From NCBI GenBank assembly GCA_964634365.1, contig CAZWJU010000002.1, positions 167,150 through 231,149 of the forward strand: a DNA stretch of 64,000 nucleotides, written 5' to 3'. This stretch comes from an uncultured Candidatus Saccharibacteria bacterium (GTDB lineage Bacteria; Patescibacteriota; Minisyncoccia; Phycocordibacterales; UBA9973). Below are positions 46,439-55,583 of this stretch, piece after piece; the stretch's first letter is position 1; each line of letters starts with the position of its first letter. A program made the position numbers and the translations under genes. The notes below the pieces were generated by a model that was not told the origin of the DNA, ran no database searches, and saw only the letters and a program-made list of their open reading frames with translations.

Positions 46439-46831
46439 TTAGTTTGGAGCTACGCAACCAGATTTTTCTGCCAGTGTAGATAGTGGTATTTCTCCACTAA
46501 GTCTCGATCCATCTGTAAATTCCCAAGTAGGGTAACCTTCTATTTTGTTATCTATACACACCTGTAGTTGGTCTTTTCCGTCTGTAGTAGAGCATTCTAT
46601 ATAAGGAAGAAGCTTAGATGCAGATCTTCCGAACATCTGTTTTTGTTTTTGGCAGTGGGGGCACCAAAAAGTACCATAAAACTTAACCCCATTATCTTTT
46701 AAACACTGAGCTAGTGTTTCCTGTGGAGTAGGGACTTTTATTGAATTCTTTGATTTTATAAAAAAGCTTGTAAAACCTAGTATTAAAATACCAAATATTA
46801 CAGCTAAGATTATTTTTGTTTTTGGTTTCAT
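46439..46831 (-). CDS. Thioredoxin-fold thiol-disulfide oxidoreductase (WCPHC active site), secreted/membrane-anchored partner of DsbB-like protein
   Basis: YGTFWCPHCQKQK motif; N-terminal TM; 4-nt spacing to dsbB-like gene. Confidence 0.65.
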   Translation of the reverse strand: MKPKTKIILAVIFGILILGFTSFFIKSKNSIKVPTPQETLAQCLKDNGVKFYGTFWCPHCQKQKQMFGRSASKLLPYIECSTTDGKDQLQVCIDNKIEGYPTWEFTDGSRLSGEIPLSTLAEKSGCVAPN

Positions 46832-46930
46832 ATATTTATTTGTAACATATCTATATTTTTTTAAAAAGCATTTTTTGTGTAAATATATTTGCCGAAAAGC
46901 TATAAATATGTTATTTTCAATGAGTTAAAT

Positions 46931-47003
46931 CCTCCCGTAGCTCAGTCGGTAGAGCAGCTCCCTTTTAAGGAGAGGGTCGTAGGTTCGATTCCTACCGGGA
47001 GGA
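46931..47003 (+). tRNA. tRNA-Lys (anticodon TTT), no encoded CCA
   Basis: cctcccg-ta-gctc-agtcggta-gagc-a-gctcc-cttttaa-ggaga-gggtc-gtagg-ttcgatt-cctac-cgggagg-a. Confidence 0.7.
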
Positions 47004-47180
47004 CAAGGTCGAAAAAGTGGACTGCTCCACTTTTGAGTACACTTGTCCTAGACGGAAACATGTTTCGTTAGCAGACGAAACAGTTGAGTCGGGGTCGCAG
47101 AAAAATACGAGCGGCGGCGAGTATTTTATCTGTGACGACACATTCACTCTTAAATAAGGAAAGATTCCTACCAAGATAAT
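47004..47180 (+). repeat. tRNA-Lys trailer element: hairpin aaaagtggaCTGCtccactttt, core GAGTCGGGGTCGC (47086-47098) ...ACGAGCGGCGGCGAGTA..TGTGACGACA, ending with a 10-nt copy of the tRNA 3' region (gattcctacc, 47163-47172)
   Basis: Aligned by eye with the element after tRNA-Arg(GCG) (53146-53300) and after tRNA-Gly(GCC). Confidence 0.55.
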
Positions 47181-47192
47181 GTAAAATACTCC

Positions 47193-47669
47193 ATGATAGT
47201 CTTAGACTTCTTGATTTTTAAACAAATAGGTTTTTTTACACCACTTGTTCAAATATTTTTGATTATTTTTCTATTTCTATTTACCCTAATAACACAAAGA
47301 AGGCAGTTTAAAGAAACTGGATTTACTTGGGGGAAATATCCTTGGCGAATTTCTACATTCCTTTCTAGTGCCTACGAAGAAATAATATTTAGAGGAATTG
47401 TATTGTTTGGATTGATGTACGCACTTCCAATATTTTGGTCAGTAGTCATATCTTCCGTGTTGTTCGGTCTTTGGCATATAAAAAATTATAAGTGGCAATC
47501 TAAAAAAGATACAATATATCAAGTTCTATACACAGGAATTATTTTTGGTCCCATAGCTTGCGTGATTACTTTATGGACAGGGACTATATGGATGGCTGTT
47601 ATTTTACACTACGCTCACAATTTATTAATTAGCATATTCAATAAATATTTAATCCGCTATGAACAATAA
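47193..47669 (+). CDS. CPBP-family intramembrane metalloprotease (CAAX protease / Abi)
   Basis: EEIIFRG motif 1, FGLWH motif 2, HYAHN motif 3. Confidence 0.7.
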   Translation: MIVLDFLIFKQIGFFTPLVQIFLIIFLFLFTLITQRRQFKETGFTWGKYPWRISTFLSSAYEEIIFRGIVLFGLMYALPIFWSVVISSVLFGLWHIKNYKWQSKKDTIYQVLYTGIIFGPIACVITLWTGTIWMAVILHYAHNLLISIFNKYLIRYEQ

Positions 47670-48129
47670 AATCCTAATCCTAGACAATATTCGAAGCGCG
47701 GAAAACGTCGGCGCTATTTTTCGTACTGCGGACGCTGTGGGTATAGATGAAATAATCCTCTGTGGTACTACGCCTGACCCAATAGATCGTTTTGGTAGAC
47801 CAAACCCTAAAGTCGCAAAGTCTGCTCTCGGTGCAGAGAAAACTGTTCTCTGGCGACACACAAGCGATACTCTGTCCGAAGTAGAGAATCTTAAAAAATA
47901 TGGATACCAAATAATCGCGATTGAGATTGCAGAAAATTCAATTGATTATAAAAAAGTTGTACCGGCTGAAAAAGTAGTTTTCATACTCGGCTCTGAAACT
48001 CTAGGCATATCAAAAAGTATTTTAGACATATCCGACATGATCGCTGAAATTCCAATGCAGGGCGAAAAAGAATCTCTGAATGTTTCAGTTTCTACTGGAA
48101 TTGCATTATTTAGAATGCTTGGGGTCTAA
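47659..48129 (+). CDS. trmH: SpoU/TrmH-family RNA 2'-O-methyltransferase (SPOUT)
   Basis: ILILDNIRSAENVGAIFRTADAVG, ILGSETLGIS, ...IPMQG..ESLNVSVSTGIALF motifs. Confidence 0.75.
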   Translation: MNNKILILDNIRSAENVGAIFRTADAVGIDEIILCGTTPDPIDRFGRPNPKVAKSALGAEKTVLWRHTSDTLSEVENLKKYGYQIIAIEIAENSIDYKKVVPAEKVVFILGSETLGISKSILDISDMIAEIPMQGEKESLNVSVSTGIALFRMLGV

Positions 48130-48692
48130 TAGAATTCTAAAGTTCTAAAAATAGAAAATGCAGTGTTTTGAACACTAGGATTTAGGTTGTATCCAGATAT
48201 TGAAAATTTTTCTAGAGCTGGTGTGCGATCAATAAACATACCTGTTGTATTTCCTAAAAATCCTGTAGGTTTGATCATTGTCGCATAGTATCCACTAACA
48301 GTTTCGTGAGTAAAAGTATGTCTGTCGTCTGTTGTCGGAACTGGAATCGTAGCATATGGTCCGTATTCAAAAAACAGAACAGTGTTTCCGTTTGTAAATT
48401 CTCCTCTGTATGAATTCCAAACACTAGAGTCAGATTCATTGAATGCCCAATCTGTCGGCATAGCTACAGAAAAATATTTTGTTGAAACAGATTTCCACCC
48501 AGCTGGAGTATTTGGATTTAGTGCTGTGTTGTCTGGTCCATATATTTCGCCCGTATCAAGAGGGGAAGGTGGCTTTATAAAAGGTTTGTCGTTTTCTGGG
48601 TCGTATCTTTCTGGTCCGCCACTAATAAACCAAGCCAAAAAAAGCACTGCTAGTAGGCTACCAAACCATTTTAATTCTTTCATTCCGTCCAT
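48126..48692 (-). CDS. Hypothetical secreted/membrane-anchored protein
   Basis: 188 aa with N-terminal hydrophobic segment. Confidence 0.4.
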   Translation of the reverse strand: MDGMKELKWFGSLLAVLFLAWFISGGPERYDPENDKPFIKPPSPLDTGEIYGPDNTALNPNTPAGWKSVSTKYFSVAMPTDWAFNESDSSVWNSYRGEFTNGNTVLFFEYGPYATIPVPTTDDRHTFTHETVSGYYATMIKPTGFLGNTTGMFIDRTPALEKFSISGYNLNPSVQNTAFSIFRTLEFY

Positions 48693-48697
48693 GTTTT

Positions 48698-49633
48698 TTA
48701 ATTATACACTTTTTGGTGTTTTGTACAGAAGTGAGCTGATCGTCCGCCAGTAACTATGCGCTCTATTTTTCCAGAACATTTTTTCTTGCCACATGTTTCA
48801 CCTTTTTTTCTATAAACATTGTGATGGTGATGAAAAGTACCCTTCTTGCCATCTGTATTTCTATAGTCACTTGTAGAATCTCCCCCGAAATCTATACCCT
48901 TCTTTAACACTTCTTTCATTGCGCCATAAAGCTGTTTCATTTGTTTTTTGGGTATTTTTGATACAACAGAAACTGGATGAATACCAGAGAGCCATAGCAT
49001 TTCATCAGAATAAATATTACCAATACCTGAAATCACCAATTGGTCCATCAAAACTTGTTTTATTTTTCCTTTTGGTTTCATACCAAGTGTTTCAATAAAC
49101 TTTTCAAATGTGAAACCACTCTCTAGTGGCTCTGGTCCAAGTTTTCCAAGATGACTTTTTGTGTGTATATCTTCTGTATTTACAATTTTTACTGTGCCAA
49201 ATTTTCTAGCATCGCAGAAAACCAAATGTTTACCATTTGAAAGTGAAAAAACAACATGAATAAATTTGTTGTATGAATCAGATAATGCCAAATTTTTTTC
49301 GCTTTCATCTGGAGACCAAGAATTTTTCTTTTTATCGTATTTGTATTTTCCGATCATCAGATGTCCGGTCATCTTCAGGTGTACTAAAATCGTATTTTCT
49401 CCAGTTATGTTTATGAGAATATTTTTTGCGCGACGTTCGGCTTTTATAAATTTTTGCCCAGCAACCTTTTTCTTGAACTCTTTGAAATAGGGAAGGTATT
49501 TTATTGTATGAACAAAGTCTTTGCGTGTAACTTTGTTTGTAGGCAAATCACTCCAAACATCTGTGATTGTAAGTTTTGGTAGGGCTTTGTTTAGACCGTT
49601 TGTTGTTGTTTGTACTTCAGGTAGCTCGGGCAT
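48698..49633 (-). CDS. mutM: Formamidopyrimidine-DNA glycosylase (Fpg/Nei family); start at MPELPEV (frame extends to 49690)
   Basis: N-terminal PELPEVQ catalytic Pro/Glu, H2TH, C-terminal zinc finger C..C...C..C. Confidence 0.8.
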   Translation of the reverse strand: MPELPEVQTTTNGLNKALPKLTITDVWSDLPTNKVTRKDFVHTIKYLPYFKEFKKKVAGQKFIKAERRAKNILINITGENTILVHLKMTGHLMIGKYKYDKKKNSWSPDESEKNLALSDSYNKFIHVVFSLSNGKHLVFCDARKFGTVKIVNTEDIHTKSHLGKLGPEPLESGFTFEKFIETLGMKPKGKIKQVLMDQLVISGIGNIYSDEMLWLSGIHPVSVVSKIPKKQMKQLYGAMKEVLKKGIDFGGDSTSDYRNTDGKKGTFHHHHNVYRKKGETCGKKKCSGKIERIVTGGRSAHFCTKHQKVYN

Positions 49634-49716
49634 ATAGATTAGGTTATATGGAAAAGGGGGTAGGTGCAAGTCTATTTGACTAAATTTCATTTAGCTGTTA
49701 TAGTAAAAAGAAAAAT

Positions 49717-49983
49717 ATGAAAAGCACTTTTATACTTATTTGGAAGCTTGTTTGTATAGGGTTCAAAAATGGTTCTGGTCAAATTTCAAAGGAAGAATTG
49801 TTGTATCAAAATGCACAAGTATTTATAAGATCCAAAGCCGCCACGGACTATGATGCAGTTAAGGCAATAAAAGATTGTTTAGACAATAAAAATATACCAG
49901 ATAAAAAAATTGATGAGCTTGTAGAATTATTTATAAAAGAAAGACCTAGTGCTACAAATAACTTAATAAATTTTTCAAAATAA
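49717..49983 (+). CDS. Hypothetical small protein
   Basis: 88-aa ORF; terminator aaacgactccgatgagtcgttt at 49990-50012. Confidence 0.35.
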   Translation: MKSTFILIWKLVCIGFKNGSGQISKEELLYQNAQVFIRSKAATDYDAVKAIKDCLDNKNIPDKKIDELVELFIKERPSATNNLINFSK

Positions 49984-50010
49984 ATTTAAAAACGACTCCG
50001 ATGAGTCGTT

Positions 50011-50589
50011 TTATTTTTTTCCTAAAATTTTTAGAGCCTCTTTTATGCGAGCACTTGTGCCGACAATAGTATTGTCGATTTCTTTTAGTGCGTCACGAGC
50101 TTCGTTCTGTGAGTAGCCGAGAGATTTGAGTGCTTCGACAACATCACTTTCTGCGCGCAACATTCCTGGAGTATCGCCTGCGTTTACATGAGCGCGCAAT
50201 TTATCTCTCAGTTCAATCACAATTTTCTCGGCAGTCTTTCGTCCGATTCCAGAAACTTTTGTTAGATACGATGTATCGCCTGAGCCGATGGCTTGCCTCA
50301 GTGTGTCTATAGTAGTAGCTGAGAGTACTCCGAGTGCTGACTTTGGTCCTATACCAGACACAGATAGTAGCATCTCAAAGAAATCATGCTCCTCGGAGCT
50401 TATAAAGCCATATAAGTCTAGTGCGTCCTCTCGTACTGAAAGATATGTGTATAGGGCCACAGAGTCTTTTTTGGTCACAATAGAGAGTGTTTCTGGGGAG
50501 CAGTATATTCTGTATCCGACACCTTTTACGTCCAAAATAACCCACTTTTCGCTCGCTTCTATTACGTCGCCTTCTAGTCTTGCAATCAT
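50011..50589 (-). CDS. ruvA: Holliday junction DNA helicase RuvA
   Basis: OB-fold N-terminus MIARLEG.V, two HhH motifs (GIGPKSA, VSGIGRKTAEKI), C-terminal domain III. Confidence 0.9.
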   Translation of the reverse strand: MIARLEGDVIEASEKWVILDVKGVGYRIYCSPETLSIVTKKDSVALYTYLSVREDALDLYGFISSEEHDFFEMLLSVSGIGPKSALGVLSATTIDTLRQAIGSGDTSYLTKVSGIGRKTAEKIVIELRDKLRAHVNAGDTPGMLRAESDVVEALKSLGYSQNEARDALKEIDNTIVGTSARIKEALKILGKK

Positions 50590-50645
50590 TTTTACAGTAT
50601 AACTTACGAATCTCTTTTTTAAAATGAGACATAAACCTGTATACT

Positions 50646-52196
50646 TTGTGTATGGAAAAAAATGAAAGTCTAGTTTTAAATCAAAAAACCGTAGAAAATC
50701 CTGAGGAAAATATTTTCTCTGAAATCAAACACAACCTCCTGCGAATATATAGTCTATTGAATAACCCAGAAACAATCACTTCAGAAAAAATATCTGAAAC
50801 AACACTAGAGATAGAAAAAGCAGTGGATGCTATATATAGTTTGGATATAAAAATAATTTTGGAAGATCAGAATTTTCGAATGGAGATTATTCGATATATA
50901 AATTCGATATATTCTCAGATACCAACTTTTGGATATTCGCCAGACTATGACAAGAATCTAGAAGATATATACAGAAACATAGGGCATGTCGTGTACAAGC
51001 TTCAAGAAGATCTTTATAAAAATCAGGATAGATATGATTTGGATAAGATAGATATCGAATTGGGTCGCATTAAGAATCCTGTTTTAATAGCCAACGATCT
51101 TTTTTTATTTTTCTCGTTGATTGAGAGATACGGTGGAGGCATGTCCAATTATATGGATTTAGCAGAAAAAGCACTTTTCAATTCTAGAGACAATATATCC
51201 GTCGCTTTTTCAAGATATAGTGTTGAGCCAGACGGAACAGCTTTTTTACTTGTTAGAATTTATCAAAAAGCAGAGAGTGATGCAAAAGAAAAAATAGATG
51301 CTTTTCTAGAGGAAGAAATAAAAAAGGGTAACTATACAACATTTGAAGACATACTAAAAAGTGAGCGCAGGACTGCTGTTGAGAAGAAGTGTTTTGAATT
51401 GCTCAACAATCTTTTTGTAAAAGAATTTGGAATTACCAAGAAAAATTTTGCTGAAGGATTGAACTATCAAGATGGTATTATAAAAAAGAACTTACTCGCG
51501 ATGAATTTCATTGAAAATATTCATCCAGGTGGAGTTAGAGAGCTAAATGAAAAATACAACATACACGAATTTAGAAGGTATTCATTTGATATGCTCGTAT
51601 CTCAGCTTGAGCATCAAGACGACCAGCTTCCATATGGTCTTGTGATATTCCCGCGCTCTGACCACAATGGAGCTTTTGATAAAATAGGTGGCAGTATCTA
51701 CAATGTTTTTCGAGATACAAAAGACAAGCTTTTGCTTCGAATTTATGAGGCATCTAGCAAATATGATATTGCACGCATCTTTTTAGAATGTGATAAAAAA
51801 TACGGAGAAGAAAATAAAATCTCATATCTTATTTTAGGTGGACACGGACAACGCGAGCTTTTGAACTTAGGGTCTCATGTCGCTAGGCATGTTGGAGAGT
51901 CAAACAAAAATTATATTTTTAAACATGATTTTTTAGGAAAGGGGGTAAAAAAATCTGAAAAGTTTTTTGTTGAAAAACCAACCATAGCACTCATATCTTG
52001 TTCTACAGGAGAAGACAATGGATTGATCGATAATTTCTCAAAAACATACAACGCAGAAGTGGTCGCACCAAAGATCCCAACAAGCGTTAGAGATATAAAA
52101 GCTAAATTTGATAAATCTGGGCAGGTTCACTTTGATATAGAGTGGACAGACGAAGGTGCAAATAGTTTGCGTGTAGGAGGGGAAAAGGTTTCCTAA
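50646..52196 (+). CDS. Large hypothetical protein (516 aa), no recognisable domain
   Basis: Uninterrupted ORF; C-terminal half contains ILGGHGQ and ISCSTGED motifs that could be a nucleotide/hydrolase fold. Confidence 0.45.
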   Translation: MCMEKNESLVLNQKTVENPEENIFSEIKHNLLRIYSLLNNPETITSEKISETTLEIEKAVDAIYSLDIKIILEDQNFRMEIIRYINSIYSQIPTFGYSPDYDKNLEDIYRNIGHVVYKLQEDLYKNQDRYDLDKIDIELGRIKNPVLIANDLFLFFSLIERYGGGMSNYMDLAEKALFNSRDNISVAFSRYSVEPDGTAFLLVRIYQKAESDAKEKIDAFLEEEIKKGNYTTFEDILKSERRTAVEKKCFELLNNLFVKEFGITKKNFAEGLNYQDGIIKKNLLAMNFIENIHPGGVRELNEKYNIHEFRRYSFDMLVSQLEHQDDQLPYGLVIFPRSDHNGAFDKIGGSIYNVFRDTKDKLLLRIYEASSKYDIARIFLECDKKYGEENKISYLILGGHGQRELLNLGSHVARHVGESNKNYIFKHDFLGKGVKKSEKFFVEKPTIALISCSTGEDNGLIDNFSKTYNAEVVAPKIPTSVRDIKAKFDKSGQVHFDIEWTDEGANSLRVGGEKVS

Positions 52197-52394
52197 TCCC
52201 CCTGCCCAGTTAGAGAATACTTTTTCTAATACAAATCAACAGAATATAAGAAGTGGCTCGATTGAGTGGTTTCTCTAACAGGGTTTACAAAATAGGATTT
52301 TTTGCTATAGTAGTAAGACAAGAAAAGTGTTGTGTCTCAATACTCTCTTGGGAAAAATCCCCGGAAAATTAATTGAATAATATCTAAGTAAAAT

Positions 52395-52646
52395 ATGCCA
52401 ATTACAAAATCAGCAAAAAAAGCACTTCGTGGTTCAGAGCGCAAAAAGGTTATAAACGACCGCCGCACAAAGATCATGAAAGACACAATCAAGCGCGTTG
52501 AAAAGCTAGCAAAGGAAAACAAGTCCGATGCAAAGAAAATGCTCCCGAGCGCATATGCAGCAATCGACAAAGCTATGAAGCGCGGTGTTATCAAGAAAAA
52601 CAACGCTTCTCGCAAGAAAGCTCGTCTATCTAAAATCACAAAATAA
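52395..52646 (+). CDS. rpsT: 30S ribosomal protein S20
   Basis: MPITKSAKKALRGSERKKVINDRRTKIMKDTIKRV...KAMKRGVIKKNNASRKK; terminator aactccacgaaagtggggtt at 52653-52675. Confidence 0.9.
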   Translation: MPITKSAKKALRGSERKKVINDRRTKIMKDTIKRVEKLAKENKSDAKKMLPSAYAAIDKAMKRGVIKKNNASRKKARLSKITK

Positions 52647-52741
52647 ACAAAAAACTCCACGAAAGTGGGGTTTTTTGTTGTATAGCCGAAAACTTGTTTT
52701 TACGATACACTAAGGAAGTTAATATTAAGCTAAATAAAAAA

Positions 52742-53002
52742 ATGCCATTAATCAATTTTTACGGAGAAGAGTGCCCACATTGCCAACATATGCATACTGT
52801 AGTCGAAAAACTCGAGAAAGAAGAGGGGATAAAAGTAGAAAAGATGGAAGTCTGGCACAACAAGGAAAATTTAAAGAAACTTGAAGACCTCGACAAGGGT
52901 GTGTGTGGTGGAGTGCCGTTTTTCATAAATACAGAAACAGGCAAGACTATTTGTGGCGAAGCTGAGTACGAAGCTCTAAAATCTTGGGCAAAAGGGGAAT
53001 AA
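52742..53002 (+). CDS. Small thioredoxin/glutaredoxin-like protein (CPHC active site); start at MPLINFYGEECPHC (frame begins 52694)
   Basis: ECPHCQ...GVPFF pattern typical of glutaredoxin-like YruB/NrdH fold; terminator aacacccatctcgggtgtt at 53008-53031. Confidence 0.6.
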   Translation: MPLINFYGEECPHCQHMHTVVEKLEKEEGIKVEKMEVWHNKENLKKLEDLDKGVCGGVPFFINTETGKTICGEAEYEALKSWAKGE

Positions 53003-53073
53003 AAATAAAAACACCCATCTCGGGTGTTTTTATTTACAAAATCCTTAAAATACAGTATATTTCAATCTGCTAC

Positions 53074-53145
53074 GGCCCCGTAGTTCAACGGATAGAATGC
53101 AAGATTGCGGATCTTGTGATCCAAGTTCGATTCTTGGCGGGGTCA
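53074..53145 (+). tRNA. tRNA-Arg (anticodon GCG as read; loop ttgcgga), no encoded CCA
   Basis: ggccccg-ta-gttc-aacggata-gaat-g-caaga-ttgcgga-tcttg-tgat-ccaag-ttcgatt-cttgg-cggggtc-a; 72 nt. Confidence 0.6.
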
Positions 53146-53420
53146 CATATAAGAAAAAGACTGGACTGCTCCAGCCTTTTTCTTATATGTGACGGGCGCA
53201 GTGATGTTTTATTAGAGAACAAAACCACGAGCCGGGGTCGAGAAATTTTGCGAGTGGCGACGAGTAAAATATTCGTGACCACAAGGTGGTATAATGAGCA
53301 GACTTAGTAACTTGTGACCACATTAAATCTCTATGTGACGACAAGAAATTGTTTGTAGCCACACTACTAAAAGTCGCGATAAATTTCCATCAGGAAATTT
53401 ACTTGTGATCATACCTAAAA
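53146..53420 (+). repeat. tRNA-Arg trailer element expanded into an iteron-like array: 16-bp-stem hairpin with loop actggaCTGCtccagc (53146-53193), core GAGCCGGGGTCG (53229-53240)...GCGAGTGGCGACGAGTA, then 5-6 copies of (T)TGTGAC(N)ACA-like sites
   Basis: Sites read at 53180(tatgtgacggg), 53271(ttcgtgaccaca), 53311(cttgtgaccaca), 53332(tatgtgacgaca), 53356(ttgtagccaca), 53401(cttgtgatcata); followed by an AT-rich stretch to 53610. Confidence 0.55.
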
Positions 53421-53614
53421 ATACCAAAAGGTGTTTTTTAGATCTATACCTTGTAGAATATATAATATTGACTTAATATTATATTTATGCTATAATTCTA
53501 AAATAGCTCTTTAAACTATATTGATTTGCATCAATATTTATTGAGTTTTCTTGGTTTCTTATTAGGGGATTCAAGATGACTCAGTAAATATTTAAATTTA
53601 AATCAATATAAAAC

Positions 53615-54103
53615 ATGGGATACGAATTAAGAAAGGTGCCGGCAAGTTGGGAGCACCCAAAAAATGAAAAAGGTAATTACATACCACTTTTTGGTGGTAG
53701 TTACTCAAAATATTCAAAACACTTTGATATCCGCAGAGAAATGTGGAACAAAGGTTTTGATTTAAGTACGAATATTATAGAAGGAAAAATCGTAAATAAC
53801 TGGATTCCTAAAGATAAAGATAATACAGATTCTTTTGAGGACTGGTGGGATGGAGAAAAAAGAACGCCGGTAGACTATATGCCGGATTGGACTGAAGCTG
53901 AGCTCACGCATTTTCAAATGTATGAGAACGTTACAGAAGGAACGCCAATTTCTCCGGTTTTTGAAAAACCTGAAGACCTTGCTCATTGGTTGGGATTGAA
54001 TCTTGATAATAATTTATATCCATATACACAAGCTGAATGGCTTGTGATAATTAAAAAACCTGATGACCCCTCAACAAGTTTGATAATCCCCATCCAAACT
54101 TGA
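53615..54103 (+). CDS. Hypothetical protein
   Basis: 162-aa ORF, Trp-rich, no family recognised; terminator aaggcttcataacgaagcctt at 54135-54160. Confidence 0.4.
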   Translation: MGYELRKVPASWEHPKNEKGNYIPLFGGSYSKYSKHFDIRREMWNKGFDLSTNIIEGKIVNNWIPKDKDNTDSFEDWWDGEKRTPVDYMPDWTEAELTHFQMYENVTEGTPISPVFEKPEDLAHWLGLNLDNNLYPYTQAEWLVIIKKPDDPSTSLIIPIQT

Positions 54104-54159
54104 TGTGCTCAAAATTAAATTAAATATTTTTATAAAAAGGCTTCATAACGAAGCCTTTT

Positions 54160-54633
54160 CTAAAACCCCAACACATCCAATATCTTATGAAGTCCTGGTT
54201 CGTGGAGCTCTTCTTCTTTCATGTATTTCAATAAAAATTCTTTTAGTCCGTCGGTGTCTACGTTTTCAGGTATAAGTATTGTGATATGTGGGAGTATTGT
54301 TCGGTCTATGTGGATTATGAGTTCATTATGAGATTCGTGCTCACCGATCCAAAATGCTTTTATTTTATGGTAAGGGAAAAAGTAACTTCCAATACGGATA
54401 CCTTTTTCATTTATAGTATAAGTTACTAAATCTGGTTTTTTTACACTAAAAATAGCGATACTTATACTTGCAAGTAAAATGAAAATTCCAAAAAGATAAT
54501 TTTTGAAAACAAAAGATGCAATACATGTAGAGATTGCAATAATACCAAGTGCCCAATACCAATCTACTTTTCTTTCTCGGTATTCATATTCAAGTGCTTG
54601 CCAGGTTGCACTGATCTTGCCCTGTTCGTCCAT
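54160..54633 (-). CDS. Hypothetical membrane protein (2 TM then soluble domain)
   Basis: 157-aa ORF. Confidence 0.4.
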   Translation of the reverse strand: MDEQGKISATWQALEYEYRERKVDWYWALGIIAISTCIASFVFKNYLFGIFILLASISIAIFSVKKPDLVTYTINEKGIRIGSYFFPYHKIKAFWIGEHESHNELIIHIDRTILPHITILIPENVDTDGLKEFLLKYMKEEELHEPGLHKILDVLGF

Positions 54634-54697
54634 ATGTAAACTTTACCATGAACTTGTTTTAAAAAACATAATCCCCCGATAGATTCGGGGGATTTCT

Positions 54698-55519
54698 TTA
54701 TGTGGTTTTTTTTATTTTTATAAAACCGATTTTTTCTAGGAAAAGCATCCAGTGATAATACATATCGTACTGGCCTTCAGTACCGAAGTTTGGACTGCTT
54801 GGATATTTGTGGTGGTCGTTGTGATACGATTCTCCGCCCATCAATATATCGTGCTCAAAAAGATTTTTCGATGAATCTCCGGTTTCGTGCGGAGCATCAC
54901 CGTATTTGTGAGCAAACCAATTTATCATAACTCCATGCAGTGGGCCCATTATGAAATGGATTAGCAAGAGTGGATAGCACCAAAGTGGGGGATCTATAGA
55001 GATGTATATAAATATATATATCCCCATCCAAGTCAGTCTACACCACCATGAGCTCGCAAATTTATCAAAGCTTTCCCACTCGGGAACATTTTCTTTGAAC
55101 TTTTCATCTACTCTATATTTTCCAGACCCTATGTCACTGTAGTAGACTTTTGTCCTCCACATAAGCTGGAAAAGTCCCCAGGGTCCATGGAACATATCTG
55201 CTGGGTGAGGGTCCGCCGGGCTATCTGAATATGCATGATGGAGTCTGTGTAACAGTCCATATATGTAAGCTGATAGATACGATGGACCCATCAGTATAAA
55301 CGCAAGTATCCAAAAAGCTTTTTCAACTCTCGAGCTCATTTGGATTTGCCCGTGAGCCGAATACCGATGCATAAATATACTCTGTATTCCCAAAGATAGG
55401 TACCAGTGACACACCAGTAGTACCAGTATGATGGGTGGTACGTACAGTAAGGCTGCTGCCACAAGAACTAAAACTATTCCGTATAGGATTATCTTTTTCA
55501 AATCTCTCATTGTGTACAA
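54698..55519 (-). CDS. Membrane fatty-acid desaturase family protein (three His boxes)
   Basis: HRYSAH, HRLHH, HNDHH histidine boxes in the canonical order with intervening TM segments; terminator aatcccccgatagattcgggggatt at 54670-54697. Confidence 0.6.
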   Translation of the reverse strand: MYTMRDLKKIILYGIVLVLVAAALLYVPPIILVLLVCHWYLSLGIQSIFMHRYSAHGQIQMSSRVEKAFWILAFILMGPSYLSAYIYGLLHRLHHAYSDSPADPHPADMFHGPWGLFQLMWRTKVYYSDIGSGKYRVDEKFKENVPEWESFDKFASSWWCRLTWMGIYIFIYISIDPPLWCYPLLLIHFIMGPLHGVMINWFAHKYGDAPHETGDSSKNLFEHDILMGGESYHNDHHKYPSSPNFGTEGQYDMYYHWMLFLEKIGFIKIKKTT

Positions 55520-55583
55520 ATTTGAGATTAGTCTAGCACAAGATAAACAAAAATCCCCTGTTTTTAGTCAGGGGATTTTTGTT

